From the human T2T-CHM13v2.0 reference genome, Homo sapiens, in the NCBI RefSeq assembly GCF_009914755.1, contig NC_060943.1: a stretch of DNA of 64,000 nucleotides. One strand, written 5' to 3'. This document shows positions 56,641 through 64,000 of this stretch, piece by piece. The translations under genes and the position numbers were made by a program. The notes below the pieces were generated by a model, which did no database searches, was not told the DNA's origin, and worked only from the letters and a program-made list of their open reading frames with translations. Each line of letters opens with the position of its first letter. The first letter of the stretch is position 1.

Positions 56641-56784
56641 CGGGGCGGGAGGTCGCTCGGGTCGGGTGTCGCCTGAGAACCGGATGAGGCGGCGACCGTG
56701 AGGCCGAGCCGGGAGCGGGCGTCTTGCCGAGGCCCGGGCGGGCGGGGAGCAACGGCTACAGACGCCGCGGGGCCAGGTCGTTGA

Positions 56785-57099
<315 letters not shown>

Positions 57100-58761
57100 T
57101 GCGTGCCCGCGGCGGGGAACCGGACGGGGTCGGGGAGGCGGGCCCTGTGGGACGCCCTGGGCAGAGGACTCCCTGCAGGGGCTCCGGAGCAGGCCCGGGC
57201 CCCAGGGGCGGTGTCACGGGCCAGGGCGCCGTAGGACAGGAGGTGCGCTGGAACCCTGCGGTCCATCTGGTCCCAGCTTTCGTGGGTGAAGTCTGCCATC
57301 TGGTTGGCCGTGGGTCTGGGGTAGATCCCTCTTCTGCTCTTTCGGGCTGTCCATCAGAGGTGAAACCGGCCATCTAGATATCTATTGGGGCGACCGCTGC
57401 GGTCTGGCTGGCTTGTTCTTGTATCTGGAGCTGCCCCCGCCGTCTGGTTGGCTGTCTCTCTGTCCTGGGCAAGCCTCCCTGCCACCACCATTTGGTTGTC
57501 CATCTGTCCAGTCCCACCTGGCAGCCCCCTGCTGTCTGGCTAGCTGTCCAGGGTGACCTCTGCTGTCTGGCCGCCCATCCGTGCCCCTCACAGACTTTAA
57601 CACTGAGCAGTCCCTCTGTTGGGTGACACCAGCTGGCCTCTACTGTCTGACTGGCTAGCTGACTCCTAGGGGACCCTGTTTGATTCTCTCTGGCTGACTC
57701 TTACAGCTTGATTCCTGGCTAGCGCTGGCTCCTCTCTTCCGTGTGAATTCTTCTGTCTGTCTGGCCATCTCCTAGTCTGCCCATGACTACCCCTGAGTGT
57801 CTGGCACAACGGCTCTGGAAAGGGGTGGTAGGAGGGTAGAGGGGAGAACAGAGCTGAAGGAGGAGGTTTGGACCCTACTTCCCCTCTCAGCTGGAAGGAG
57901 GACTCTGGGGGTACCTTACTTCAGGATTCCTTTCCGAGTGCTAGAACACAGGGGCCCGCCTCCCAGCTACAGCCTACAAATTGGGGGCCCTCCTTTGGAG
58001 CCTGGGAAGGGGCTTCTTGCGTGATCAGGCCTCAGTGGCTAGCGCTGGGATGTAGCCTTCTCTGGACAGCCTTGAGAAGCCGCGGTGTGCCCATCTGTCC
58101 AGTGGGCAAACTCCACTCTCTGGGGCTGTTTCCAGGATTCAGGAAGCAAATGAATGAGAACAGCCCGTGCAGCCACCTCTCCCTCCCACCAACCCCTCTT
58201 TCCTTTCTTGTCTCCCAGATGGGCGGCCACTTCTCCATTCCAGGAACTACTCATTTGTGGTGGTGTGGCTGCCAAATGATAACATCCTCCTCCTGTCATT
58301 ATTGTCATTGTTATTGTTGTTATCATTGTCAAGGGATAATGTCCCTTCTTGATTCAACATCTTGAATCCCAAGTAAGGAGTGGGGTGGAGGCTGTGTTAT
58401 CATCCCCACCTTAGCTGAGCTGGGAGGCTCAGAAGGGACTGTGATCACCCAAGGCCACTAGGCTGGCGTAAGGCCTTGTGTCTGCCATCCCAGAGCCTTG
58501 GGGCTTTGCTCCAAGCAGCACAAATCTCCTCTTTTGCTACCTTGTCTCTAGCTCATTGCCTTCTGTCTACCGTGGTGGAAAGGTGTGGACTTGCAGCCAG
58601 CTGGGCCTGGCCTGATCTCAGGCTGGACTGTGGTGTGGGCCCCTTTGAGTGACCATCTTCCTGCCTGCCCAGGCTTCTGGGACGGGGGTGGGGGGTGTTT
58701 GCAAAGCTCTGTCTCTTTCACTTGCCTTGTGACCTTGCACAGGTTGTCTTGGCCTCTCTAA

Positions 58762-64000
<5,239 letters not shown>

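Overview
Human/primate genomic DNA, very Alu-rich, matching the chr19p13.2 gene order ILF3 - QTRT1 - DNM2, all on the + strand. The window opens inside ILF3 intron 1 and contains the whole ILF3 coding region. Joining GT-AG exons by hand gives 702 aa for NF90 and 894 aa for NF110, each +4 aa with the NVKQ acceptor. It also holds the complete 10-exon QTRT1 gene (queuine tRNA-guanine transglycosylase catalytic subunit, 403 aa), and the promoter, exon 1 and start of intron 1 of DNM2, with MIR638 at the donor. Most ORFs in the supplied track are Alu-derived or antisense noise. Signals these genes do not explain: an orphan CpG-rich promoter-like element at ~33.8-34.7 kb with a near-consensus REST/RE1 site; a QTRT1 exon 4-5 block (195 nt, stop-free if circularised) between oppositely oriented Alu clusters; a candidate poison exon in the ILF3 NF90/NF110 switch intron; a 28S rRNA fragment in ILF3 intron 1; an Alu 5 nt after an ILF3 donor; a QTRT1 3' end with no poly(A) hexamer; and several Alu duplications and junctions. 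No demonstrably new gene system was found. These are hypotheses to test.
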